Source of the DNA: Octopus sinensis
Lineage: Eukaryota
Assembly: GCF_006345805.1 (NCBI RefSeq)
Contig: NW_021835796.1
Coordinates: forward strand, 1 to 38,299
Length of the DNA stretch: 38,299 bases
Direction of reading: 5' to 3'
The notes under the pieces were generated by a model, which had not been told where the DNA came from, searched no databases, and saw only the letters and a list, made by a program, of their open reading frames with translations. Below are positions 12,621-24,655 of this stretch, piece after piece (the first letter of the stretch is position 1; each line of letters begins with the position of its first letter). The translations under genes were made by a program, and so were the position numbers.

Positions 12621-13119
12621 AACTGATGTTGCATGATGCAGGAAAGTTATATAGTGCAGAATTATGGTTATGGATTTGTAATGAAATTTCTTAAAGCTCA
12701 TGCTGTTCGTTATAACACGCACGATTTAAGTACAAGTGCGAACATCAAGATATAAGTTATGAACCACTTAAATGAAGGTGAGACAATTGTTTTTCCATGA
12801 CCGTGTCTATGTCGAACTCTGCATTACAGGCCTAAACGCATGAATGTTAAATGGTTGCACATACGGATGCAAGAATGTTTCAACTGATCCAACTATTGGT
12901 CGAGTGTTCGTATTGTGAAAAGTCTAAGCTTATGTAAAAATTTGAACTTACATATCAGATATATAATCCGCAGAGTCAAGTGCAAGTATCACACATTTTT
13001 AGGGTTTGCATGTACGAAATTAAGAATAGCATGTATCCACTCTGCACATCACCCTGCATTCAAATTATACGCTGCAACAGTGGATTCATCAATTTTCTAT
13101 CGTTCCTTACTTCCAAAGT

Positions 13120-13389
13120 ATGTATGTACACATATAATTAAGTATGTATGTACATAAGCATGAACGTACGTACGTATGAAGGTACGTACATACATTCGTA
13201 AGTATGTATATTTCACGGTTATATATATACATACATTCATAAATACATTCATACACACACACACATACATACATACATACATACATACATACATACATAC
13301 ACACATACATACATACATACATATATATATTTATATATTATATATCGATATTTTGTATGGGTGCGTGTATATATACATACATGCATATA

Positions 13390-13421
<32 letters not shown>

Positions 13422-13545
13422 GCACATGCATACATTATGTAAATGTATGTATGTATGTATCTATATCTATATATAAATAGATATTAATGGGTATTTGCAT
13501 TAATGAAAATATATATATATATATATATATATAAGTATGTGCGTG

Positions 13546-13605
<60 letters not shown>

Positions 13606-13800
13606 ATTATATATATAATGTAAATATGGGTATATACACGCGCACATACATATATACACGTATACATGTATACATTATGTAAATGTGTACATATCTTTAT
13701 TTCTATATATATATGTATACACAAATGCATAAGCATGTATATGTATACATGTATATACGCAAACTTATATATACATATATATATATATATATATAACACA
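13120..13800. repeat. Compound (TACA)n/(TA)n microsatellite field
   Basis: Directly visible. Confidence 0.9.
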
Positions 13801-14149
13801 TATGTATGAATTTATATATGTCTTTTATGTTAATAATAATGCGCTATTTTATGTAATATTTGCTAAAATTAAAATGAATCACACCATAAATGTCTTTAGG
13901 AACTAATAAATTTGATGAATTATGTAATATTTCTCCTTAATGAGCAGCTAGTTTCAATGATCGAAGGTGACTTTAACATTCGCAATCATTTAAAGTGATT
14001 GATGCACACCAAGTATAATCAGAAAAAGCTGAACCTTTGTTCCTAATGCATATCTATCTGTCTATCTCTCTCTCTATAAATATATATATCTGCACTTATG
14101 TATGTAGGTATATATGTATGTAAGCATGTATTGTATATATATGTGTATA

Positions 14150-14188
<39 letters not shown>

Positions 14189-14214
14189 AATATATATGTA
14201 TATATATATAAACC

Positions 14215-14620
14215 ACCATTGGTTGTCAAGCGGTGGTGGGAGAGAAACACAGATGCAGAGATACACACACGCCCGCATACACACACACATACACAGATGC
14301 ATACACACACACGTGCGCACCCGCGCACACACCAATTCCACTCAGAAAGTTTAAGCTGGTTCGAGGCTATAATAGAAGACATTTGTCCAAGGTTCCACGT
14401 AATGGGACTGAACCCCGAACCGTGTGGTTGGGAAAGAAGCTTCTTATCACGCATAAATATCTATCAATAGATGTGTTGTGTGTGTGGTGTGTGTATGGGT
14501 GTATCCCAGATTACTGCTTGACAACCATTGTTGCTTGTTTAGGTCTTTGTAACTTAGCGGTTCGGCAAAAAGCCCCCAACTGAGTAAAAGTAAGTACTGG
14601 AGATCTGTTCGATTAAAGCC
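14215..14620. mobile_element. Rearranged family B SINE pieces in both orientations
   Basis: 14335-14450 matches the family B head on the minus strand (GGGACTGAACC...). 14500-14610 matches the family B 3' body on the plus strand (AACTTAGCGGTTCGGCAAAA). Confidence 0.6.
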
Positions 14621-14996
14621 TGCTGGCAAATCACTGAAGCATGTAAAAAATTAAAAGATATATTCATGTGTGTGTGGGTTTGTGTCTGTGTGTGTGTGTA
14701 TTCACATATAAGAATATAGAAAATGCGAGAGAACGTGAAATATTTCATTTTCAACAGTTGAACTTGGGGTGTGTAAAAATACGAATAATTGCTTGTAGAT
14801 ATTCCTTTGGACAGAGAAAGTCGATGCTTGTCCGTAGGGTACCAACCCGCACCTGTAAACAATAAATTATATACAGCATTATCTACTTAGTGTTCAACCG
14901 TTAAAAACGATTGTATGTATGTATGTATGTATGTATGTATGTATGTATGTATGTATGTATGTATGTATGTATGTATGTATGTATGCATATATCTAC

Positions 14997-15034
<38 letters not shown>

Positions 15035-15093
15035 CTCTTTATATATGTATACACACACATAAACATTCATACATGCATACACACACACACATG

Positions 15094-15127
<34 letters not shown>

Positions 15128-15143
15128 ATATATATATAATATA

Positions 15144-15189
<46 letters not shown>

Positions 15190-15269
15190 CAATTGCAGCG
15201 TGGAAGGTGTTTATAAGCCATTTAAGAAACACACAAAAGCCGTTCGATTCACTCCACATTTAAGTTTAA

Positions 15270-15319
15270 TTTGTCAAAATATTTTCGTCGCTAAAATCCG
15301 CGACCTGTTCACTGACAAA
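15270..15319 (-). ncRNA. Minimal type I hammerhead, G3:C8 core variant (minus-strand copy)
   Basis: Exact reverse complement of 15338-15387. Confidence 0.7.
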
Positions 15320-15337
15320 GTCCGTGCTGCATCGGAC

Positions 15338-15387
15338 TTTGTCAGTGAACAGGTCGCGGATTTTAGCGACGAAAATATTTTGACAAA
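15338..15387 (+). ncRNA. Minimal type I hammerhead, G3:C8 core variant
   Basis: TTTGTCA | GTGAACA | G | GTCGC(ggatttta)GCGAC | GAA | AATATT | T | TGACAAA. It has a perfect 7-bp helix I, a 5-bp helix II and a palindromic helix III region (AAAATATTTT), with a UUU cleavage triplet. Confidence 0.7.
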
Positions 15388-15863
15388 TTAAACTTAAATG
15401 TTGGAGTGAATCGAACGGCTTTTGTGTGTTTCTTAAATGGCTTATAAACACCTTCCACGCTGCAATTGTTTTCGTTTCAGAACACGATGTCAGATCAAGT
15501 TACTTGCTATGCGAGTACATCTCCGTAATATATAATATATATTATATATATATTATATATATATATATTATATATATATATACAGTGATACCTTGCAGTA
15601 CGAGTTTAATTCGTTCCATGACCGAACTCGTTTTAAAATCAATTTTCCCCATTGAAATTAACTAAAATATAATTAATTTCTTCCATCCCCAAATACCACA
15701 CAAACATAATTTTTTATGGGTTTTAAAACAGGAAACGTATAATCACAAGTAAAATTACAATTATAGAAGGAGAATGCGAAAGAAATATGTAAACTGGTTT
15801 TATTAACCTTAAAGATGGGACGATTTGTGCGCGAGGAAGACGATAGAGCGGGGAGGAGGAGGA

Positions 15864-17490
15864 TTACTGTTTGGAAGGAAAATCTCCTTCCATTAAGTCT
15901 TCAGGAAGAATAATGTCTGGCGTTTTCTCTCTCACTTCGCTAAATTCAGGCATTTTGGACACACTTTCTTTACTTTTTACACTGGCAGGTCGTTTCATCA
16001 GAAACATCAAGAAAAGTCTGCTTTTTCCTGCCTTTCAAAATGTTACGAAAATGCGCAGTGTCATAAAATAAAGCAGCTGCATGATCTGTAGATACTTTTT
16101 CAGGATGATATTTTTCTACAAATTCAGAAATTGCTACTTTGCCAACACTGCCTTTATGCCACTTGTAGATATAGCATTCTCCGTTACACTACTCTCTTCC
16201 GGGGAATCAATCTCTTCCACCACATCCAAATGCTGCTGTACTTGAAGCTGCAAGGGTTCATCTGTCGTCAGCTCCTCTGAGTGTTCCTCAATGAGTTCGT
16301 TAATGTCCCCATCATCAACCTCGATGATTTTTCAGGCAGTTTACAGTGTTGTAGCTTTCCTTCCAAAACTCATGAAGGGTTAGATTTGTATTTTCAGTGA
16401 CTTCAAAGTACCGACGAAACAGGTGTTTGGTGTATAATTTCTTAAAATTAGAAATCACCTGTTGGTCCATGGGCTGCAAGATAGGGGTTGTGTTGCGTGA
16501 AGGGTACAGAACTTCGTAAGTTTAAATTCGTCCAGAATATCATCTTCGAAGTTAGTATTGTCGAGGACGAGGAGGGCCTTGAGAGGAAGATTATTCTTCA
16601 AAAGGTACTTTTTCACTACTGGTCTAAAGGCAAGGTTGATCTACCCGGAGAAGAATTGCTTGGTGACCCAGGCCTTAACCTTTTGCCCTCCACCTAATCT
16701 GCAGCTTCTCCTTCAGGATTTTGTGTGACTTGAACGCTCGTGGGTTTTCGGAATGGTAGACAAAGTGCGGCATAATCTTCAAGTCTCCACTCGCATTGGC
16801 ACACAGGGTGAGAGTTAGCCTATTTTCATAGACTTATGACCTGGCATCTTCTCTGCAGTTATGTAGGTTCTTCTGGGAATATTTTTTTACCAAAAAGGCC
16901 AGTTTCATCACAGTTGAATACCTGTTGTGAAATGAAACCCCGGCTGCGATGAGCTGACGGAATTCACACACGAAACCTTCAGCTGCCTTCGTTTCAGAAC
17001 TCGCTGGTTCTCCATACCTAATGACACTATGAACACCACTTCTCTTCTTGAAATTATCAAACCAGCCACGACTGACCTTAAATGTGTCTGCTGATGTCTC
17101 CTCCGTCGATGTTCCAGGGTTCTGCTTCAGGACATTCCCATACAGCGCTCGTTCTTTCTCGCAGATAATGGTCTCAATAATCGTATCACCTGCGAGTTGC
17201 TCCTCGTTGATCCACAAGAGAAGCAATCATTCCATCCTTTCGTGGACAGATGTGCGTTGCTTAGAGAGCCTGGAGACACCTTTCGCTGTTGCAATGGCCT
17301 TGATTTCGTCCTTTTTCTTCGGATGGTTGCAGATCATCGACGTACTTCTGCCGTATTGTCTCCTACACGCTATGTTCACTACACGCACACCTCTCTCATG
17401 TTTATCAATGATTTCCTTCTTCAATTCTATCGTAATCAGCTTATTCTTCTTCTCAGCACTGTCATTTGCACTAACCTTCTTAGGGCTCAT
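15864..17490 (-). pseudogene. Tigger transposase pseudogene (CENP-B HTH plus DDE_1 domain)
   Basis: Multiple frameshifts and stops, with an apparent internal deletion near 16320. The ORFs 17227..17712 and 16834..17226 are pieces of it. Confidence 0.88.
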
Positions 17491-17505
17491 GTGAAAGTTA
17501 AAATA

Positions 17506-17669
17506 GGAATGAGAACCCAGGTTCGAAATTTCCCCAAGACACCTGAAGAATGCTGGGGGGTGTATCAGCCGAAACGTTGTGTTAACAACAAACAAGATGA
17601 GGACAAATATCAGTCGAATGTAAATAATGTAAATTATATACATAATCCCTCGTCTCTTAAATATAGAAC
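17506..17669 (+). mobile_element. 164-bp hammerhead-containing insert (retrozyme-like or Penelope-derived) with a 14-bp target-site duplication
   Basis: TGAAAGTTAAAATA occurs identically at 17492-17505 and 17670-17683. The insert interrupts the Tigger 5' region. Confidence 0.8.
17538..17583 (+). ncRNA. Minimal type I hammerhead, canonical C3:G8 core
   Basis: GACAC | CTGAAGA | A | TGCTG(gggggtgtat)CAGCC | GAA | ACGT | T | GTGTT. Helix I is 5 bp including one G-U pair, and the helix III region is the palindrome AACGTT. G10.1 appears mutated to T in this copy. Confidence 0.75.
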
Positions 17670-17769
17670 TGAAAGTTAAAATAATGCGAAACAGCGCTGA
17701 GGTAAGCAGCATTTTGACTAGCGGTGTATAACAAAACTCAATAGTCTGGTCGACACAGTAACATAGTAA

Positions 17770-17801
<32 letters not shown>

Positions 17802-17840
17802 CGTGCGTGTATATATGTATGTATGCATGTATGTATGTAA

Positions 17841-17887
<47 letters not shown>

Positions 17888-18161
17888 TGTATTTATGTAT
17901 GTATGTATGTATGTATGTATGTATTATGTATGTATGTATGTACGTATGTATGTATATCTATATATTACATTTATGCATGCATACTTACATTCAGTCATAT
18001 GTGTATGTATAACGTGTATATTAAATGTTTTCAACCCTTTACAATGTATATATGATAATATATATGAAGACATATAGTATCTATCCATCCATGCATGCGT
18101 CCAGCATCCATGCGTGCATTTATCCATTCATCCATGCGTCCATGCATCCGTGTATGCATCC

Positions 18162-18204
<43 letters not shown>

Positions 18205-18639
18205 CATCTATCTACACTCACACACACATATATATATGTATGCATGCACAGAGATCAAGATGGTTGTCCCTGTTCAACAGCATCCTTGAAGGTTCCATAA
18301 AAATATCCTGAAATCTCTCTTCCTTTGCATGAACAGATGGATGGATATTTTATACACACACATATGTATATATCTGTTTGTGTGTTTGTGAGTGTGTGTG
18401 TGTGTGTTCATATATACGCACACTTTTTTTATATCGCTGAATATCATATAATTGATGTTGATATAAGTTTGTATTATTGGCAAAATATTTTTAAAATTAT
18501 GTAATTATGTATGTATGTATGCATGTATGTTTGTATGTATGTATGCGTGTGTGAGTGTGCTTACATGTAATTTTGTAATTTTTTACCGATATAAACGTGT
18601 ATCTCCTTTAATTATATGACATTCAACGATAAAACAAAT

Positions 18640-18699
18640 TGTCGTATATATACATAACACACATACGTACACAGACACACATACACATATGCATACAAC

Positions 18700-18754
<55 letters not shown>

Positions 18755-18792
18755 CACACACAAACATATATGCATGCATGGATGCTCATATA

Positions 18793-18874
<82 letters not shown>

Positions 18875-18885
18875 TATATATATAT

Positions 18886-18952
<67 letters not shown>

Positions 18953-19000
18953 CACACACATATATATATATATATATATATCATGCATACACACGATATT
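18640..19000. repeat. Compound (CA)n/(TA)n microsatellite
   Basis: Directly visible. Confidence 0.9.
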
Positions 19001-20224
19001 TTTTTTTATATCTTTGAATATTATATTCATTAATGTAGATACTATAATTTATAATATTCGTTAAAAAAAACTTCAGAAGTTATGCCATTTTCTTTTTAAC
19101 TCAGGAATTTAATTATAATATTTTGTGTAATGTCCCTTCTTCAACTTTCTCAAATGTGATAATGAAACCATGTGGAAATAAAACATGTTTACGATCAATT
19201 ATCGAATAAATTTATTATAATAAACACGGACCGAACATTATATTCTAAAATATAGAACGGTGTTGCCACATATCTAGGGTAAATATTTTACTACTCCAAA
19301 TGCCTCATTAAAGGTATAGTCGTGTGGTTAATGTGTTCATTTCGTAATCACGTAGTTCTCGATACAAACGAGTTCGCGTCGCCTTAAGTAAAACTCTTCG
19401 AGTCAGCTCAAGGTTTTAAACCTTTTTTTTTTTACCTATAGACCTTTTGACTCTTATTTTACTCGGGTGGACCCTCATAGCCATTCGATTCTTAAAATAT
19501 TTTATATCTCTAGAATTAAATATTGATAGGTGTTGTATATAAAAAAATGTTAAAATATTTAGTGTATCGTAGAAGTATAAGGAATTTATTGCGCAATAAT
19601 TTTAACAAAGAAACCCCCATCTTATATGGACCCTCAAGTAAATGGTATTTGTGCGGAAGGCCGTCAAATGGACTGCACATGCTATTGTATGTTTGATCTA
19701 ATCTGAAGTCTGGTTTAACATATCACAGCCGTATTTCCTTAAAATAATCCATGTATAAGTTTGCTATCGTTGGATAACCATAAACTGATTAGCTAACCCT
19801 TCACCTTTCTAATATCGTCACCTCTCTGTAGCGTAGCTAGTGGATAGGTGGCGTGGGAAAGATCTACCTCGGGCGACGCTCTTATGGGGCAACATAAGAG
19901 TCTGCTGTACCAACCTGTACAGACATAGGAGTTCAGGGTGCAAGGTGGGATCAAACTCTATTGGATGCTACGTCACTGGTCACACCCCAATTGGAAGTAT
20001 GTTGTTTGTATGCAGAATGGCAACGTCTCTATCAGATTATCCATCAAGACACTTGCACGCTCCTCCTTGTTTTTAATTGCCACCTGGTCCTTGACTAGCT
20101 TCTACGGAGATCAAGATGGCCGGCCTTGTTCAACAATATCCTTGAAGGTTCCATAAAAATATCCCGAAATCTCTCTTCCTTCTCTCTCAAATAATATTAT
20201 AAAATCATAATTGTTTCTGATTCA

Positions 20225-20410
20225 GGCACAGGACTTGCACAGTTGATGGGAAGGGTTTAGCTCCAGTCTGTAACCAGTACAATATTTTAGCGACTTCGAA
20301 AGAATAAAAGGCAAAGTTGAACTCGGTGCGATTTGAACTCAGAAATAAAAAAATTAGAAGAAAATATTTTATCTGACGTGCTAACGATTCAACCCAGCTC
20401 GCTGCCTTTA
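20225..20410 (-). mobile_element. Family A SINE, diverged
   Basis: AAAAGGCAAAGTTGAACTCGGTGCGATTTGAACTCAG...ACCCAGCTCGCTGCCTT. Confidence 0.7.
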
Positions 20411-20419
20411 AAATAAAAA

Positions 20420-20493
20420 TAAAAATAATACTAATAATACTAATACTAATAATAATGATGATGATGATGATGATGATGATAATAATAACAACA

Positions 20494-20526
<33 letters not shown>

Positions 20527-20585
20527 TAATAATAATAATATAATGATAATAATAATAATAATGCTGATGATGATGATGATAATAA
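20420..20585. repeat. (TAA)n/(TGA)n trinucleotide microsatellite
   Basis: Directly visible. Confidence 0.9.
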
Positions 20586-20877
20586 AATAGTTGTGATTAA
20601 TGGAGTTAAAGAACTATGAATTTCCTTGACAATGTTTAGGGTAAATTTTGTAATGGAGTATGTACGCATTAGTTGGCTAGTGATTATTTTATCAATTCAC
20701 GAAAAATAAAAAACGAATTTGATTCATGTGGTTTATAGAGATTTAACCTCTGACCGAACAAAGATAAAACTAATAACTGCAAAACATTTGATCCTCTCTC
20801 TTTCTATCACCCTTATACAAACTCACTGCTCCGAACTAATACAATATTTTAAATATTGATAAAGAAGGGACTGTTAC

Positions 20878-21089
20878 CTCTACCAGGACCGCCCTCGATG
20901 AGATCTATGTAGTGTGGTTTGCATAACAAACGGTCGCCACGAAGGGCGAATTCCTCTCCCGTTGATAGTTGACGTTTGCAGCTGTCGCATGCAAAGCATG
21001 CAATGTGATATGTGAACTCTCGCGCTTTCCGGACCCAGTCTTTGGCAAAGATCACCCGTAGACATTTTGGGCATTTGACACCAAATTCC
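20878..21089 (-). CDS. Awh: LIM-homeobox gene (Arrowhead/Lhx6/8 family), second LIM domain exon
   Basis: Acceptor tttcttgCAG at 21092-21090. The 212-nt exon reads G+[70 protein letters not shown]+G, then donor GTAACA at 20877. All 8 zinc ligands are present. DWVR.AR and [11 protein letters not shown] are typical of the Lhx6/8/Awh LIM2 domain. Direct splicing to 692 gives the in-frame linker [18 protein letters not shown]. Confidence 0.93.
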
Positions 21090-21434
21090 CTGCAAGAAAT
21101 ACAAAAAACAAAAGAGATATTATATTAAATATAGTTAACTCATTTTCACATGCTTCATGAAACTTGTTAAAATTTTGAAAGAAAAACAAAGCATCAAATT
21201 ACAATAAATGATATCTTTAACATTTTTGTTTCAAATAAAAAATAACGAATATGGTTTAAGAAAATCGAAATATAAAATTCCGTTGGGGAATTTGGATAAG
21301 TCGGTTCCAGTAATTCTTTTCGTATCATATGCACACAAAACACACACACAAGTATGTATGTATGTATGTATGTATGTATGTATGTATGTATGTATGTATG
21401 TATATGTGTGGGTGTGTGGGTGTGTGTTTACATG

Positions 21435-21690
21435 AAGGCGCATGGCTCAGTGGTTCGAGCGTGTATCTTACAGTTGTAAGTTCGATTGCCCGACCAGACT
21501 GTGTGTTGAGTTGTGTTCTTGAGCAAGACATTTCACGTTGTTCCAATTCACTCAGCTGTAGAAACAGATTGCAACGTCACTGGTGCCAAGCTGTAGTGAC
21601 CATGATCCTTTCTCTTCAATGACATCGGTGGTGTAGAGAGGGGAGAATGGCAAGCATGAGCAACAGCTGGTCTTCCACAAACATGTGTAA
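21435..21690 (+). mobile_element. tRNA-derived SINE, family C
   Basis: A box TGGCTCAGTGG, B-box-like AGTTCGATTGCC, then TTCTTGAGCAAGACATTTCACGTTGTTCCAATTCACTCAGCTGTAG. Confidence 0.75.
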
Positions 21691-21709
21691 TGAATTTGTA
21701 ATGTCAAAA

Positions 21710-22870
21710 GTTACGTCAGTGAAGTTATGTTAAAGGCTTATTTCATCAAGACTACCAAATAGATTCCCCGCCAATGGGAGAGTGCCTACATGACTCCTTA
21801 AATGATAGCAGCCAATAGGGCCCTCTCCAAGGAAACAGTAAAAACGAGTGGGGTGCCTCAGGTGTATGTCTAGGGAGCGATACAATTTATGGTAGCTCTT
21901 TCAGATGTGCCATCCGTTATATTGACAACCATATTTACTAGCTATACCGACAACACAAAAGTAGTACAAGTAATCAAGGAACCTTTCGACGCTAATATTC
22001 TACCGAAGGACCTAGATAATATATATTAATGAGCTGAAGAAACAGTATCCAATTTAATGCTGGAAAATTCCAAGCTCCCTCCCTCCGCTATCAGCCAGCA
22101 TGTGCTAACATGCTGCAACAAAGATACTTGTCAAGTACAGTGCGTGGTCATGAGCAACAATGCCTCGTTTCACGTGTGTATCATCAAGATGGTGGCAATG
22201 TGCAGGAGAATGGCCAAATAGATTCTGAGAACTTTCACAACAAGGGACCAAGAAACTATTCTGGTTCTGTCTTCAGCTGTCTGGCCTACTGCTCTCAACT
22301 GTAGTCACCCCACAGTATCAAATTAATAGCGGAACATGAGGTGGTGCTACACTAGGAAGATCACATCAATGGAACAGCTGAGCAACTGGGAGAGACTGAA
22401 AGAATTACGACTTTACTACTTGGAACGAAGACGGGAGAAATATGCTGTGATATATGTAAGGAAGAACCTGGAGGGCTTGGCGTCGAACTTTGACCTCGAG
22501 AGCTATATCAGCTCCCGAACTGGATACCACTGCACTCTCCCAAAGGTCCCATCTGTCCCGTCTAGAACGAGGGCCATGTACTGCAATAGCTTGGGATTCA
22601 AGGGCCTACGGCTATTTAATATCTTGCCCCCCGCTACATGGAGCAGGGGCAGATATTTTCCAGAAACGACTCGACTTCTTACTGTCCAAGATCCCATATG
22701 AACCTTCATCACAGCAAAAAACTTAACAGGGGGTAGCATTATCGAACTCCATTCTTCACCAAAAGCCGATCACAAAAGAATGGCCATTGAAAAAAGTGAT
22801 AACTCTGGTGGTGTCCCTACATGGCCGTAGTATTTAGGCAGAAATGCATAGAAAAATAAAAAAAAGAAAA
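21710..22870 (+). mobile_element. 5'-truncated LINE of the CR1 group (RT domain and C-terminus), decayed
   Basis: Conceptual translation with stops and frameshifts: GVPQVYV*GAIQFMVALSD...SYTDNTKVV (RT motifs SGVPQG and FADD, degenerate), ...WERLKELRLYYLERRREKY...NSLGFKGLRLFNILP. The 3' tail lies near 22807-22870. Confidence 0.8.
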
Positions 22871-23447
22871 CAATAAATGAATATATATAATATAATATAA
22901 AAAATATTATATGTAATACATAGATATATAGATACATACATGTGTGTGAGAAATACATATGTAATAAATACATATATGTTAATACATACATATATAAATA
23001 TGTAAATATAGATGGAGACATAGGTATATACATAAATATATACATATATATATATATATAACATACATACTTACACACACATGCGTGCGCGTACACACAC
23101 GCAAAAAGTGAAAGAAAAATAGGGCAAAATTGAAGAAGAAGACTAATTTATATACCACATTTTACGAACTAAATTTTCTACTTCTTGAAAAAAAAAATAT
23201 AATGAAACTAGCACTAATCAAGTAGGAAAGGAACTCCTAGGAAATATCTAAAAGTATCAGAAAGAAAATGAAGAACAAATATGAAGAAATGATAACTATG
23301 TGATCTGTAGAGAGTTCTAGCTGAAATAAAGGATTTACTTTAAGAGTTGATTGAGAGAACTATGTTCTTTTGCCTGTTGAGAATATTTTTTTTTTAAAAA
23401 AGAAAACTCTTGGAAATGTCGTCAAAGGTTTGTGTGTTATGTTGGGA

Positions 23448-23712
<265 letters not shown>

Positions 23713-23763
23713 GTCGTTTCTCCATGTATCTTTTGCTTCGCTTATGCATACATACATACATAT

Positions 23764-23807
<44 letters not shown>

Positions 23808-24529
23808 GCATACATAAATATATATATATATATATACACATACATACATATATATATATATATATACATGCATACATAATATATTATATAGTATATATAT
23901 GTTATATATATATATATAAATGCTCTTGTACATATAGGCATACCTACACAAACACATACACACACGCACGCGCGCACACACACACACATACACATACATT
24001 TACACACTCAGAGATCTACACTGCTATGGTAGTTAGAGCCACAAGAAAAAGATCATGACCCGAGGTATATTTAAGAACTTTTTCTTTATCTATGTATCAA
24101 TCTTTCCCAGATATCCTCCATGAAAGTGATGTTTAGACTCGCTTAATTAGCGTATTGTGTAGTCCAAAGGAATTGCTTCTGGCCACGCTGAGATGTTTTC
24201 CCCGGTTATCTGCTCTTGGTTTTACTTCTCACCATTTGGAGTGCTTCTTTGCCGACCCAGTCAGTCATCGTTGGAGAACAGGTCACGGCAGTGCTCTGAA
24301 CTTACTGCTTAACTCTACTAACGGTTTTTCATGGCCCAAGGAGACTTTCTCTTCATTATTCCTATTGATCAACTTTGACATTGGAAGTTAGTGTAGAAAA
24401 ATGAAAGAAAAGAGCTGGTAAGTAACGTTGCAAGTTCAAGGATGGATTCGGGAGTGATTCGAAGAAAGAAATTAGGAAGGAGCGAGAGAATGAAACACAT
24501 TGTCACCAGGACTTCAGTTTGAATGAAAA

Positions 24530-24609
24530 TAATAATGATAATAATAATAATAATAATAATAATAATATGATAATAATAATGATAATAATAATAATAATAT
24601 AATAATATA

Positions 24610-24645
<36 letters not shown>

Positions 24646-24655
24646 TAATAACAAT
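24530..24655. repeat. (TAA)n microsatellite
   Basis: Directly visible. Confidence 0.9.

Larger units (their letters stand above)
15188..15470. repeat. Near-perfect long inverted repeat (arms 15188-15324 and 15333-15470, 8-nt spacer), probably an inverted Penelope-like terminal repeat
   Basis: By manual alignment the arms are reverse complements except for one 1-bp indel (ACTCCACATT vs ACTCCAACATT). It is flanked by (TA)n on the left, and on the right by a 57-bp unique tail and then (TA)n. Confidence 0.95.
15583..17760 (-). mobile_element. Tigger/pogo-family DNA transposon (TIGD1-like), decayed
   Basis: A terminal repeat-like CAGTGATACCTTGCAGTACGAG follows TA at 15581-15582. The frameshifted transposase runs from ATG 17490 (MSPKK, CENP-B HTH, RGWFDNFKKR, VFNCDETG, KALLVLDN, LQPMDQQVI) to about 15864. 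No matching repeat was found at the other end. Confidence 0.9.
693..20877 (-). other. Inferred GT-AG intron (20,185 bp) between the LIM2 and homeodomain exons
   Basis: The phase-1 donor at 20877 matches the phase-1 acceptor at 693. A small symmetric exon inside the interval cannot be ruled out. Confidence 0.75.

Noticed and set aside
12700-12900. Possible second pogo/CENP-B HTH remnant (VMNHLNEGET)
   Set aside because: Too weak without a profile search.
14700-14860. Possible extra exon (acceptor tgtttacAG near 14853, frame GAGWYPTDKH...)
   Set aside because: Phase-compatible with the LIM2 donor, but there is no convincing donor and no similarity to Awh linkers.
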